Of a DNA stretch of 64,000 bases, positions 1 to 13,430 are shown piece after piece; the stretch's first letter is position 1; every line of letters begins with the position of its first letter. The notes beneath the pieces are model-generated. The model was not told where the DNA came from. It worked only from the letters and a program-made list of their open reading frames with translations, and ran no database searches. The stretch is from Squalus acanthias (lineage: Eukaryota). The translations under genes were made by a program, and so were the position numbers. The stretch spans positions 186,001 to 250,000 of the forward strand of contig JASTWF010000354.1 in assembly GCA_030390025.1 (NCBI GenBank), given 5' to 3'.

Positions 1-1066
1 TGGACAAAAATGAGAAGTCGCACAACACCAGGTTATAGTCCAACAGATTTATTTAATTTTACAAGCTTTCGGAGCTATCGCTCCTTCGTCAGGTAAGTTA
101 GCAATGAGAGAATCTCCCAGAATTCACAATTTAAACCCAGACAAAATCTATTCACATTATTCGCTACAACAAAGAGCACAGCCAAGACAATGAGATGTGT
201 CCCAAGGGGTCCAGCGTGTCAAACCACCTGCTGGCTGCATATCCTGTCAATTTGTGTTCTTGTGTTTTTAAAAAAAAAAACCAAAAAAAACACCTGGGAA
301 GACCGGCCATGATGTCAAGTCACGTTCTGTATCGTGACATGAACCCGATATCGCGATTGAGGCCATCCTCATGAGTGCGGAACTTGGCTATCAGTTTCTG
401 CTCTATGATTTTGCGCTGTCGTGTATCTCGAAGGCCGCCTTGGAGAACGCTTACCCGCAGATCCGAGGCTGAATGCCCCTGGCTGCTGAAGTGTTCCCCG
501 ACTGGGAGGCAACCCTCCTGCCTGGCGATTGTTGCGCGGTGTCCGTTCATACGTTGTCTCAGTGTCTGCATGGTCTCGCCGATGTACCATGCTCTGGAGC
601 ATCCTTTACTGCAACGTATCAGGTAGACAACGTTGGCCGAGTCACATGAGTATGTACCGTGTACCTGGTGGGTAGTGTCCTCACGTGTAATGATGGTATC
701 TGTGTCCATGATTTGGCATGTCTTGCAGAGGTTGCCGTGGCAGGGTTGTGTGGTGTCTTGGTTGCTGTTCTCCTGAAAGATGGGTAATCTGCTGCGAACG
801 ATGGTACTTTTGAGGTTAGGCGGCTGCTTGAAGGCGAGTAGTGGAGGCGTGGGGATGGCCTTAGCAAGGTGTTCGTCGTCATCGATGACATGTTGAAGGC
901 TGCGAAGAACATGGCGTAGTTTTTCCGCTCCGGGGAAGTACTGGACGACGTAGGGTACTCTGTTGGTTGTGTCCCGTGTTCGTCTTCTGAGGAGGTCTAT
1001 GCGGTTTTTCGCTGTGGCCCGTCGGAACTGTCGATCGACGAGTCGAGCGTCATATCCCGTTCTTAC
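1..1066 (-). mobile_element. Penelope-like retroelement family A (Neptune-like), 5'-truncated: RT thumb/linker, GIY-YIG endonuclease and 3' UTR
   Basis: ORF 320..1084(-) has linker PCHGNLCKTC...YSCDS and GIY-YIG motif NVVYLIRCSKGCSRAWYIGETMQTLRQRMNGH; nearly identical to 26750..27499(+). Stops abruptly at the 16-bp satellite. Confidence 0.93.
59..96 (-). ncRNA. Predicted minimal type I hammerhead ribozyme in Penelope 3' UTR
   Basis: Minus strand reads uuac-CUGACGA-A-GGAGC-gaua-GCUCC-GAAA-GC-UU^guaa: conserved core, 5-bp stem II, self-complementary AGCU in place of stem III, 4-bp stem I. Confidence 0.8.
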
Positions 1067-4000
1067 AATTATATCAGAATACAATTATATCACGCTACAA
1101 TTATATCACAATACAATTATATCACACTACAATTATATCACGCTACAATTATATCACAATACAATTATATCACACTACAATTATATCACACTACAATTAT
1201 ATCAAAATACAATTATATCACACTACAATTATATCACACTACAATTATATCACACTACAATTATATAACATTAAATTATATCACACTGCAATTATATCAC
1301 ACTACAATATCACACTGCAATTAGATCACACTGCAATTATATCACGATACAATTATATCACAATGCCATTATATCACACTACAATTATATCACTCTACAA
1401 TTATATCACAATACAATTATATCACACTGCAATTATATCACGCTTCAATTATATCACGCTACAATTATATCACACCGCAATTATATCACACTGCAATTAT
1501 ATCACTCTACAATTATATTACAATACAATTATATCACAATACAATTATATCACACAACAATTATATCACAATACAATTATCCAACACTGCAATTATATCA
1601 CAATACAATTATATCACACTACAATTATATCACAATACAATTACATCACACTACAATTATATCACACTACAATTATATCACAATACAATTATATCACACT
1701 ACAATTATATCACAATTCAGTTATATCACACAGCAATTTTATCGCAATACAATTATATCACAATACAATTATAACACACTGCAATTATATCACACTACAA
1801 TTATATCACACTACAATTATATCACAATACAATTATATCACACTGCAATTATAACACACTGCAATTGTATCACAATACAATTATATCACAATACAATTAT
1901 ATCACACTACAATTACATCACACTACAATTATATCACACTGCAATTGTATCACACTGCAATTGTATCACAATACAATTATATCACACTACAATTATGTCA
2001 CACTACAATTATATCACACTACAATTATATCACACTGCAATTATATCACAATACAATTATATCACAATACAATTATATCACACTACAATTATATCACACT
2101 GCAATTATATCACACTGCAATTATATCACACTGCAATGATATCACACTGCAATGATATCACACTGCAAAAATATCACAATACAATTATATCACACTACAA
2201 TTATTTCACACTGCAATTATATCACACTGCAATTATATCACAATACAATTATATCACACTGCAATTATATCACAATACAATTATATCACACTACAATTAT
2301 ATCACACTGCAATTATATCACACTGCAATATCACACTGCAATTATATCACAATACAATTATATCACACTGCAGTTATATCACACGACAATTATATCACAC
2401 TACAATTATATCACACTACAATTATGTCACACTACAATTATATCACACTACAATTATATCACACTACAATTATGTCACACTACAATTATATCACACTACA
2501 ATTATGTCACACTACAATTATATCACACTGCAATTATTTCACACTACAATTATATCACACTGCAATTATATCACGATACAATTATATAACATTACAATTA
2601 TATTACACAGCAATTATATCACACTACAATATCACACTGCAATTATATCACACTGCAATTATTTCACACTACATTTATATCACACTGCAATTATATTACA
2701 ATACAATTGTATAACATTACAATTATGTCACACTGCAATTATATCACACTACAATCATATTTCACTACAATTATATCACACTGCAATTATATCACAATAG
2801 AATTATATCACACTACAATTATATCACACTGCAATTATATCACAATACAATTTTCTCACACTTCAATTATATCACACTACAATTATATCACACTACAATT
2901 ATATCACAATACAATTATATCACACTACAATTATATCACACTGCAATTATATCACAATACAATTATATCACACTGCAATTATATCACACTACAATTATAT
3001 CACACTACAATTATATCACACTACAATTATATCACAATACAATTACATCACACTACAATTATATCACACTACAATTATATCACAATACAATTATATCACA
3101 CTACAATTATATCACAATTCAATTATATCACACTACAATTATATCACAATACAATTATATCACACTACAATAATGCCACACTACAATTGTATCACAATAC
3201 AATTATATCACACTACAATTATATCACAATACAATTATATCAGAATACAATACAATTATATCACAATACAATTATATCACACTACAATTATATCACAATT
3301 CAGTTATATCACACAGCAATTTTATCGCAATACAATTATATCACAATACAATTATAACACACTGCAATTATATCACACTACAATTATATCACACTACAAT
3401 TATATCACAATACAATTATATCACACTGCAATTATAACACACTGCAATTGTATCACAATACAATTATATCACAATACAATTATATCACACTACAATTACA
3501 TCACACTACAATTATATCACACTGCAATTGTATCACAATACAATTATATCACACTACAATTATGTCACACTACAATTATATCACACTACAATTATATCAC
3601 ACTGCAATTATATCACAATACAATTATATCACAATACAATTATATCACACTACAATTACATCACACTACAATTATATCACACTGCAATTGTATCACACTG
3701 CAATTGTATCACAATACAATTATATCACACTACAATTATGTCACACTACAATTATATCACACTACAATTATATCACACTGCAATTATATCACAATACAAT
3801 TATATCACAATACAATTATATCACACTACAATTATATCACACTGCAATTATATCACACTGCAATGATATCACACTGCAATGATATCACACTGCAATGATA
3901 TCACACTGCAAAAATATCACAATACAATTATATCACACTACAATTATTTCACACTGCAATTATATCACACTGCAATTATATCACAATACAATTATATCAC

Positions 4001-6373
4001 ACTGCAATTATATCACAATACAATTATATCACACTACAATTATATCACACTGCAATTATATCACACTGCAATATCACACTGCAATTATATCACAATACAA
4101 TTATATCACACTGCAATTATATCACACGACAATTATATCACACTACAATTATATCACACTACAATTATGTCACACTACAATTATATCACACTACAATTAT
4201 ATCACACTACAATTATGTCACACTACAATTATATCACACTACAATTATGTCACACTACAATTATATCACACTGCAATTATTTCACACTACAATTATATCA
4301 CACTGCAATTATATCACGATACAATTATATAACATTACAATTATATTACACAGCAATTATATCACACTACAATATCACACTGCAATTATATCACACTGCA
4401 ATTATTTCACACTACATTTATATCACACTGCAATTATATTACAATACAATTGTATAACATTACAATTATGTCACACTGCAATTATATCACACTACAATCA
4501 TATTTCACTACAATTATATCACACTGCAATTATATCACAATAGAATTATATCACACTACAATTATATCACACTGCAATTATATCACAATACAATTTTCTC
4601 ACACTTCAATTATATCACACTACAATTATATCACACTACAATTATATCACAATACAATTATATCACACTACAATTATATCACACTGCAATTATATCACAA
4701 TACAATTATATCACACTGCAATTATATCACACTACAATTATATCACACTACAATTATATCACACTACAATTATATCACAATACAATTACATCACACTACA
4801 ATTATATCACACTACAATTATATCACAATACAATTATATCACACTACAATTATATCACAATTCAATTATATCACACTACAATTATATCACAATACAATTA
4901 TATCACACTACAATAATGCCACACTACAATTGTATCACAATACAATTATATCACACTACAATTATATCACAATACAATTATATCAGAATACAATACAATT
5001 ATATCACAATACAATTATATCACACTACAATTATATCACAATTCAGTTATATCACACAGCAATTTTATCGCAATACAATTATATCACAATACAATTATAA
5101 CACACTGCAATTATATCACACTACAATTATATCACACTACAATTATATCACAATACAATTATATCACACTGCAATTATAACACACTGCAATTGTATCACA
5201 ATACAATTATATCACAATACAATTATATCACACTACAATTACATCACACTACAATTATATCACACTGCAATTGTATCACACTGCAATTGTATCACAATAC
5301 AATTATATCACACTACAATTATGTCACACTACAATTATATCACACTACAATTATATCACACTGCAATTATATCACAATACAATTATATCAAAATACAATT
5401 ATATCACACTACAATTATATCACACTGCAATGATATCACACTGCAATGATATCACACTGCAAAAATATCACAATACAATTATATCACACTACAATTATTT
5501 CACACTGCAATTATATCACACTGCAATTATATCACAATACAATTATATCACACTGCAATTATATCACAATACAATTATATCACACTACAATTATATCACA
5601 CTGCAATTATATCACACTGCAATATCACACTGCAATTATATCACAATACAATTATATCACACTGCAATTATATCACACTGCAATTATATCACAATACAAT
5701 TATATCACACTGCAATTATATCACAATACAATTATATCACACGACAATTATATCACACTACAATTATATCACACTACAATTATGTCACACTACAATTATA
5801 TCACACTACAATTATATCACACTACAATTATGTCACACTACAATTATATCACACTACAATTATGTCACACTACAATTATATCACACTGCAATTATTTCAC
5901 ACGACAATTATATCACACTGCAATTATATCACGATACAATTATATAACATTACAATTATATCACACAGCAATTATATCACACTACAATATCACACTGCAA
6001 TTATATCACACTGCAATTATTTCACACTACATTTATATCACACTGCAATTATATTACAATACAATTGTATAACATTACAATTATGTCACACTGCAATTAT
6101 ATCACACTACAATCATATTTCACTACAATTATATCACACTGCAATTATATCACAATAGAATTATATCACACTACAATTATATCACACTGCAATTATATCA
6201 CAATAGAATTTTCTCACACTTCAATTATATCACACTACAATTATATCACACTACAATTATATCACAATACAATTATATCACACTACAATTATATCACACT
6301 GCAATTATATCACAATACAATTATATCACACTGCAATTATATCACACTACAATTATATCACAATACAATTAAA
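1064..6373. repeat. 16-bp AT-rich satellite (consensus ACAATTATATCACACT), ~330 units, with ~1.55-1.74 kb higher-order repeats
   Basis: Direct reading; rare variant cactgcaaaaat recurs at 2161, 3904 and 5455. Degenerate remnant units at ~7073-7105. Confidence 0.97.
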
Positions 6374-6377
6374 TTGT

Positions 6378-7070
6378 CATAGAATGTGAAAATCTTACAG
6401 CACAGGAGGAGGCCATTCAGCCCATTGTGCCTGTGCTGGCTCTTTGAAAGAGTTCTCCAATTCGTCTCACTCCCTGCTCTTTCCCCACAGCCCTGCAAAT
6501 CTTTCCCTTCAAGTATTTATACAATTCCCTTTTGAAAGTTACTATTGAATCAGCTTCCACCGCCCGTTCAGGCAGCGCATTCCAGATCACAACAACTTGC
6601 TGCGTAAAAACATTCTCCTAATCTCCCCTCTGGTTCTTTTGCCAATTCCCTTCAATCTGTGTCCTCTGGTTACCGACCCTCCTGCCACTGGAAACAGTTT
6701 CTCCTCATTTACTCGATCTACATTAGAATTATAAAACAGTTGTTCATCCCCATTGGAGTATTGTGGCCAATTCTGGGCATCGCACGTTAGGAAGTATGTC
6801 AAGGCCTTGGAGAGGGTGCAGAGGAGATTTATTTAAATGGTTCCAGGAATGAGGGATTTCAATTATGTGGAGAGACTGGAGAAGCTGGGATTGTTCTCCT
6901 TAGAGCAGAGAAGGTTAAGGGGAGATTTAATTGAGATGTTCAAATTATGAAGGGTTTTGATCGAGTAAATAAGGAGAAACTGTTTCCAGTGTCAGGAGGG
7001 TCGGTAACCAGAGGACACAGATTGAAGGTGAATGGCCTCCTTCTGTGCTGTATCTTTCTATGATTCTATT
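6378..7070. mobile_element. Two head-to-head CR1 3' fragments (minus ~6378-6715; plus ~6750-7070)
   Basis: Both arms match the CR1 ORF2 C-terminus (LFPVAGGSVTRGH) and both end in the gaatggcctc(c/t)t...ctgtgctg tail. Confidence 0.85.
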
Positions 7071-7904
7071 AAATTACAATTATATTCCATTACAATTATA
7101 TTACGAGACTTTTTACCAACTTGCGAATCTAACGGCCACAAACGAGATAAAAGTCGATGTTGATGATACGGGGAAATTTAAATAAAAGATTCTCCTTTCC
7201 CGCAAGTGACTGAATCCGACCATTAGAAGGAAATCCGAGATCTTACTCGCTCGCAGAGAATGAGTCTGGCCGTGTAATTCCATATTTCTCAATGTTGTCG
7301 ACATTTCAGTGAATGAAATCTCAGTGCGGCCGCCTTTATCTCTGGGCCTGGTCTCCAGCTCGCTCCAACCAGCTTCTATTGAGGGCCAATTGTTGTTTAG
7401 CACAGGCCCAAAGCCTGGGATTGAGGCCCATCGATTTAACTCAAAGATTCTGGACAGAAAACGGAGCAGGAAATGATGGGCCTCCCCCAGCCTTTGGACC
7501 TGGGCTACGGGTGAACTGAGATCAGAGACACCAGCCTCCTATTGGCCCAGTCACTGTGGCTCTGAGTCCCCTTACTGAGCGAGTCGGGGAGCGCAGTTTC
7601 AAACACTGTTATTATCCATTAAAATGAAGCGTGTAATAAAGTAATAACGCTGACAGGATAATGTTACCGCGCTGAGCACTGATTATGGGCTGTTGAGCGT
7701 GTCTGGAGTTTGTAATGAACACACTTCGTGCAATCTCTCTTTCACCAGCTGACGATTATTCCATATTCCCCAGTGAATATATTTCCATGTTCAGTCGCTG
7801 TTTGTGTGAACTGATCACATTCTCCAGTCTGCTTTGTGAATAAATCCACTTCCAATCGTCACTCCGCCGCTGATCGGAGGCACCTTAGGGAATGAGTCGT
7901 GTGT

Positions 7905-8190
7905 TGGAATCATTCAAATACACGGAGAATGTCCAGCCCAGAAACAGGACATTCGGCCCAACTGGTCCACACGAGCCTCCTCCCACCCCTCTTCATCTCA
8001 CCCAATCAGCATATCCTTCTATTCCTTTCCTCCTCATGTGTTTATCCAACTTCCCCTTAATACATCTATGCTATTTGCCTCAAACACTCCCTGTGGTAGC
8101 GAGTTCCATATTCTCACCACTCTCTGGGTGAAGAAGTTTCTCCTGAATTCCCTCCTGAATTCATGAGTCACTATCTTATATTGATGGAAG
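7905..8190 (-). mobile_element. CR1 LINE 3' fragment
   Basis: Encodes RRNFFTQRVVRIWNSLP on the minus strand. Confidence 0.85.
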
Positions 8191-8191
8191 A

Positions 8192-8447
8192 CTCCTGTTC
8201 CTACGAATGGTGGAACAGGCTCGAGGGGCTGAATGGCCTCCTCCTGTTCCAACGAATGGAGGAACAGGCTCGAGGGGCTGAATGGCCTCCTCCTGTTCCT
8301 ACGAATGGTGGAACAGGCTCGAGGGGCTGAATGGCCTCCTCCTGTTCCAACGAATGGTGGAACAGGCTCGAGGGGCTGAATGGCCTCCTCCTGTTCCTAC
8401 GAATGGTGGAACAGGCTCGAGGGGCTGAATGGCCTCCTCCTGTTCCT
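8192..8447 (+). repeat. 49-bp tandem repeat (5 copies) of the CR1 3'-terminal stem-loop segment
   Basis: Unit acgaatggtggaacaggctcgaggggctgaatggcctcctcctgttcct, starts at 8203 and 8252. Confidence 0.92.
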
Positions 8448-8780
8448 GTGTGGGAAGGAGCTGGAAGCTGGAGGTTTGATGTTGCTGAAAGTGTCAGTGT
8501 GAGCCTGTCGCTGGGTCCCAATAAAGCAGCAATTAACGGGACTGAGTGGATTGTTGATGAAACTTGTCGTAAGCAGCTTCGGTCTGAGACAGACTCACGG
8601 GCTCGCATAAATACTCAGATGGATGTTGCTCGAGTTCTACATCCCTTTGAGTGTGTCGGTGCCCTGTGTGATTATATAATGGTTCTCAGGCTCCAAATGG
8701 ACCTGTAAAAGGCAATGTTTGTTCTGACAATGTCTGATCTACGGGCCATTAATGAACATTTCTTAGCAATCTGCTCTAGT

Positions 8781-8876
8781 TAGGGTTAATATCCAGGGGT
8801 TAATATCCAGGGGTTAATATCGGGGTTAATATCCAGGGGTTAATATCCAGGGGTTAATATTCAGTGGTTAATATCC
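8781..8876. repeat. 14-bp minisatellite (GGGGTTAATATCCA), ~7 copies
   Basis: Direct reading. Confidence 0.9.
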
Positions 8877-8904
8877 ACTCTCTTTCTGTTACACACCATT
8901 CATC

Positions 8905-9463
8905 ACTGGTTAGACCCCAGCTGGAGTATTGTGTCCAATTCTGGGCACCGCACTTAGGAAGGATGTCAAGGCCTTGGAGAGGGTGCAGAGGAGATTTACT
9001 AGAATGGTACCAGGGATGAGGGACTTCAGTTATGTGGAGAGACTGAAGAAGCTGCGATTGTTCTCCTTAGAGCGGAGAAGGTTAGGGGATTTGAGAGAGG
9101 TGTTCAAAATCATGAAGTGTTTCGATAGAGTAAATAAGGAGAAACTGTTTCCAGTGGTAGGAGGGTCGGTAACCAGAGGACACAGATTTAAGGTAATTTG
9201 CAAAAGAACCAGAGGGGAGATGAGGAGAATGTTTTTACGCAGCGAGTTGTTGTGATCTGGAATGCGCTGCCTGAAAGGGCGGTGGAAGCAGATTCAATAA
9301 TAACTTACAAAAGGGAATTGGAGAAGTACTTGAAGGGAAAGATTTGCAGGGCTGTGGGGAAAGAGCAGGGAGTGCGACTAATTGGAGAGCTCTTTCAAAG
9401 AGCCGGCACAGGCACAATGGGCCGAATGGCCTCCTTCTGTGCTGTGAGATTCTGTGATTCTAT
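8905..9463 (+). mobile_element. CR1 LINE 3' fragment
   Basis: ALERVQRRFTRMVPGMRDFSYVERL...TRGH; ends in ATTCT(G/A)TG tail repeats. Confidence 0.92.
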
Positions 9464-10132
9464 GAACACCACGACACAGAATAGAGACATTCCACACTTC
9501 CTGCTCCTTCCGTGTTCCCCGATCATCTTCCTGTAGTATTGGGGTTTTCAGACCAGCTGAGGGACACGGGAACATCTAAAGGGGGCGATCTTTACCCGGG
9601 ACATCTCAAACTCACCACAACCCAACATCAGCAAAATCAAAGCAGCAGCAATATTGAGACCAACAGATTGATCGGAGTGACATTTAAATCTGCACATCAC
9701 AGAAGGAAACTTGTTTAAAGAGGATTTTGGAAGTGAGAATCTCTCCTGCCTGATGTGGACTTTCTGGAGCCCCAACCTGATCCTCATGAATATTTCCTGG
9801 GATGGATGAGCGGCTTTGGAGAGTTCACAGCAGGTTCAGAGAGCGACAAATCATCTTTATTCATGAAATAATAAGTCTGTGTCTCTGGTAGTTTATTCTG
9901 AACGTGAGTGTGTCTGTGTGTGAGTGTGTGTGAGTGTTTGGGGTAGATTTTGACTTTTTCTGATAGTGTGCATCGGGTGATAGCGAATCACATCCCGTTT
10001 TACATCTCTCCCCGTTAACTTCAATGCAAACAAAAATGGAGAAAGATGTAAATCAGACTGTGATTCGCTCTCACCAGATTTACACTATCGGACAAAGTCA
10101 GAATCTGCCCTTTTGTGTAAGTCTGTGTACGT

Positions 10133-11123
10133 CCACCTGAGAGGGCAGAGGGAGCCTCGGTTTAATGTCTCATCCAAAAGACGATACATCCGTGAGTGCA
10201 GCGGTCCCTCAGTACTGCCCCTCCGACAGTGTAGCGCTCCCTCAGTACTGCCCCTCCGACAGTGGGGCGCTCCCTCAGCAATGCCCCTCCGACAGTGCAG
10301 CGCTCCCTCAGTACTGCCCCTCCGACAGTGCAGCGCTCCCTCAGCAATGCCCCTCCGACAGTGCAGCACTCCCTCAGTACTGTCCCTCCGACAGTGCAGC
10401 GCTCCCTCAGCACTGCCCCTCCGAGAGTGCAGTGCTCCCTCAGTACTGCCCCTCCAAGAGTGCTGCACTCCCTCAGTACTGACACTCCGACAGTGCAGCG
10501 CTCCCTCAGTACTCCCCCTCTGACAGTGCGCTGCTCCCTCAGTACTGCCCCTCCGACAGTGCAGCGCTCCCTCCGTACTGCCCCTCCGACAGTGCAGCGC
10601 TCCCTCAGTACTGCCCCTCCGAGAGTGCAGCACTCCCTCAGTACTGCCCCTCCGACAGTGCAGTGCTCCCTCAGTCCTGACCCTCCGACAGTGCAGCACT
10701 CCCTCAGTACTGAACCTCCGACAGTGCAGCACTCCCTCAGTACTGCCCCTCCAACAGTGCGGCGCTCCCTCAGTACTGAACCTCCGACAGTGCAGCACTC
10801 CCTCAGTACTGCCAATCAAACAGTGCAGCACTCCCTAAGTACTGCCCCTCCGACAGTGCGGCACTCCATCAGTACTGCCCCTCCGACAGTGCAGCGCTCC
10901 CTCAGTACTGCCCCTCCAACAGTGCAGCACTCCCTCAGTACTGCCCCTCCGACAGTGCGGCACTCCATCAGTACTGCCCCTCCGACAGTGCAGCGCTCCC
11001 TCAGTACTGCCCCTCCGACAGTGCAGCTCTCCCTCAGCACTGCCCCTCCAACAGTGCAGCACTCCCTCAGTACTGCCCCTCTGGCAGTGCGGCGCTCCCT
11101 CAGTACTGACCCTCCGACAGTGC
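10133..11123 (-). repeat. SacSINE1/DeuSINE-like SINE fragment with ~28 copies of a 33-bp internal repeat
   Basis: 10133-10196 matches the SINE body seen at 55170-55225; unit on the minus strand is CAGTACTGAGGGAGCGCTGCACTGTCGGAGGGG. Confidence 0.9.
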
Positions 11124-11950
11124 AACAACAACAATAGCTTGAATTTGTAGAGCGACTTTAACGTGGTAAAATGTCCCAAGGCGCTTCACAGGAGCGTTAT
11201 CAAAGAACAGTTGTCCACCGAGCCTCTGAAGGAGAACAACAGGTGACCAAAAACTGATCCTCCTGAATATATCAAGGAGGTTTTCAGGAGCACCTTGCAG
11301 GAGGAGAGAGAGGCGGAGAGGTTTAGGGAGGGAATTCCAGAGCTTGGGGCCCAGGCAGCTGAAGGCACGGCCGCCAATGGTGGAGCGATTAAAATCGGGG
11401 ATGGACAAGAGGCCGGAACTGGATGAGCGCAGAGATCTCGGAGGGTGGGAGGGCTGGAGGAGGTTACAGAGATAGGGAGGGGCGAGGCCATGGAGGGATT
11501 TGAACACAAGGATGAGAAATTTAAAATCGAGTCGTCGCTGGACTGGGTGCCAGTGTAGGTCAGTGAGCACAGTGGGTGATGGGTGAATGGGACTGGGTGC
11601 CAGTGTAGGTCAGCGAGCACAGGGGGTGATGGGTGAACGGGACTGGGTGCCAGTGTAGGTCAGCGAGCACAGGGGGTGATGGGTGAACGGGACTGGGTGC
11701 CAGTGTAGGTCAGTGAGCACAGGGGGTGATGGGTGAACGGGACTGGGTGCCAGTGTAGGTCAGTGAGCACAGGGGGTGATGGGTGAACGGGACTGGGTGC
11801 CAGTGTAGGTCAGTGAGCACAGTGGGTGATGGGTGAACGGGACTGGGTGCCAGTGTAGGTCAGCGAGCACAGGGGGTGATGGGTGAACGGGACTGGGTGC
11901 CAGTGTAGGTCAGTGAGCACAGGGGGTGATGGGTGAACGGGACTGGGTGC
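11124..11950 (-). mobile_element. L2-like LINE 3' end with a 50-bp tandem repeat (8 copies, 11541-11950) of its ORF2 C-terminal segment
   Basis: LTDLHWHPVQRRLDFKFLILVFKSLHGLAPPYL...GGRAFSCLGPKLWNSLP; (TTG)n tail; gactgggtgc recurs every 50 bp. Confidence 0.88.
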
Positions 11951-12524
11951 GAGACTCAGGACTGCGCTGGGAGTGTGGGCCTGGATTATGGGCTCGATCC
12001 ACCAAGGTGTGACTGGGCTGTGAATTGCAGAATGAAACAGCGAAACGAGTAACGACAGTAAAATGGAACAAGCAAAGTCTCCATTTGAAAAGAGTGATGA
12101 TAAATTAGAGATGGAAAGAGACACTTCAGATCTTCAGCAAGAGGAAATAATTAGTGAGGATCAGACTTCACTCACCAATGAACCCATCACACATCACCAG
12201 ACATCTTCCCATCAGACCCCAGTCACCAGCTCCAAGCTCATCCTCCAGAATAGTTTCATACACATTAAACTGGCGTCACTTTCAATCCAGTCCCAGGGAT
12301 CGGCATCAGCGGCCTGGTGTAATATATCCCCATCCAGAATTGGCATTACTGGGTCACATCACCTGTCACAACCTGTGGGAAACGATTTGTTAAACAACTA
12401 TTAGAGTAGAGAGTTTCTCTATAGTGAGTGGAGAGATCTGTCCAGGGTCCTGAATCCCTGAGATCACAGAACCATGTAATGCCGTGGGATGGGAGATGAT
12501 TGTGGAAACAATCTTATCTTCTAA

Positions 12525-12782
12525 CAAAAATGAGAAGTCGCACAACACCAGGTTATAGTCCAACAGTTTTATTTGAAATTACGAGCTTTCGGAGCTCTGC
12601 TCATTCTTCAGGTACAGGTACAGTGAGGGAATCGATTACACAGTATATATAGACAGAGAACAATGTGTCTGCAGAGATACAATCAGTCAGGGAGGCATTA
12701 CATCAAAGACAGAGCAGAGTACAGCTAAGACAATGAGGTGGGTCACAGGGGGTCCAACGTGTCAAATGCTGCCGTCTGCATC
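12525..12782 (-). mobile_element. Penelope family A-related 3' UTR-only copy with hammerhead motif (12580-12614) and 12-bp target-site duplication
   Basis: Shares aaaaatgagaagtcgcacaacaccaggttatagtccaacag with positions 6-46; atcttctaacaa occurs at 12516-12527 and 12783-12794; core CUGAAGA-A-uGAGC-aga-GCUCC-GAAA-GC-UC^gua. Confidence 0.85.
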
Positions 12783-13029
12783 ATCTTCTAACAAGGTTAA
12801 CTTTCAGTCAGGAAGCTTTCAACCAGAATAAGCTGGGAGTGATCAGCAGCTCTTCCCCAATCCCAGGAGCCTCTGGCAATGGGCCTCCGTTCCCTGTCAT
12901 TGATTCCCAGCCGTTTGGTTCCAGTGAGGAGAATTAGAGCAGAGAATGCGAGGTTAGGAAGGAGCATTAAACACTCCGAGGCACTCAGCATAATCCTACA
13001 CCAAGAAAGCTATTTCTAGTCAACAAATA

Positions 13030-13430
13030 TCTCCTTAGAGCAGCGAAGGTTCAGGGGAGATTTAATAGAGGTCTTCAAAATTATCAGTGGCTTTGATCAA
13101 GTAAATAAGGAGAAACTGTTTCCAGTGGCAGGAGGGTCGGTAACCAGAGGACACAGATTTAAGGGAATTGGCAAAAGAACCAGAGGGGAGATGAGGAGAA
13201 TGTTTTTACAGCGAGTCATTGTGATCTGGAATGCGCTGCCTGAAAGGGCGGTGGAAGCAGATTCAATAGTAACTTTCAAAAGGGAATTGGAGAAATACTT
13301 GAAGGGAAAGATTTGCAGGGCTGTGGGGAAAGAGCAGGGTGTTGGACTAATTGGGGGCTCTTTCAAAGAGCCGGCACACACACGATGGGCCGAATGGCCT
13401 CCTCCTGTGCTGTCTGATTCTCTGATTCTA
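13030..13430 (+). mobile_element. CR1 LINE 3' fragment
   Basis: TRGHRFKG...WNALPERAVEADS and the CR1 tail. Confidence 0.9.

Noticed and set aside
963..6382. Many long His/Tyr/Ile-rich ORFs
   Set aside because: Translations of the 16-bp satellite, open in all three plus frames; no evidence of coding.
8781..8876. Telomeric repeat
   Set aside because: The unit is the 14-bp GGGGTTAATATCCA, not tandem TTAGGG.
10085..11179. Mucin-like or Cys/His-repeat ORFs (STAPPTVQ, LHCRRGSTEG), also at 35, 51, 54 and 58 kb
   Set aside because: Stop-free readings of the 33-bp SINE repeat on both strands.
11541..11950. CRISPR-like appearance of regular arrays (also 8192, 16841, 50352)
   Set aside because: Head-to-tail units with no unique spacers, no cas genes, and a vertebrate context.
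12063..12404. 113-aa plus-strand ORF in unique DNA
   Set aside because: No recognisable domain or supporting gene structure; length is compatible with chance.
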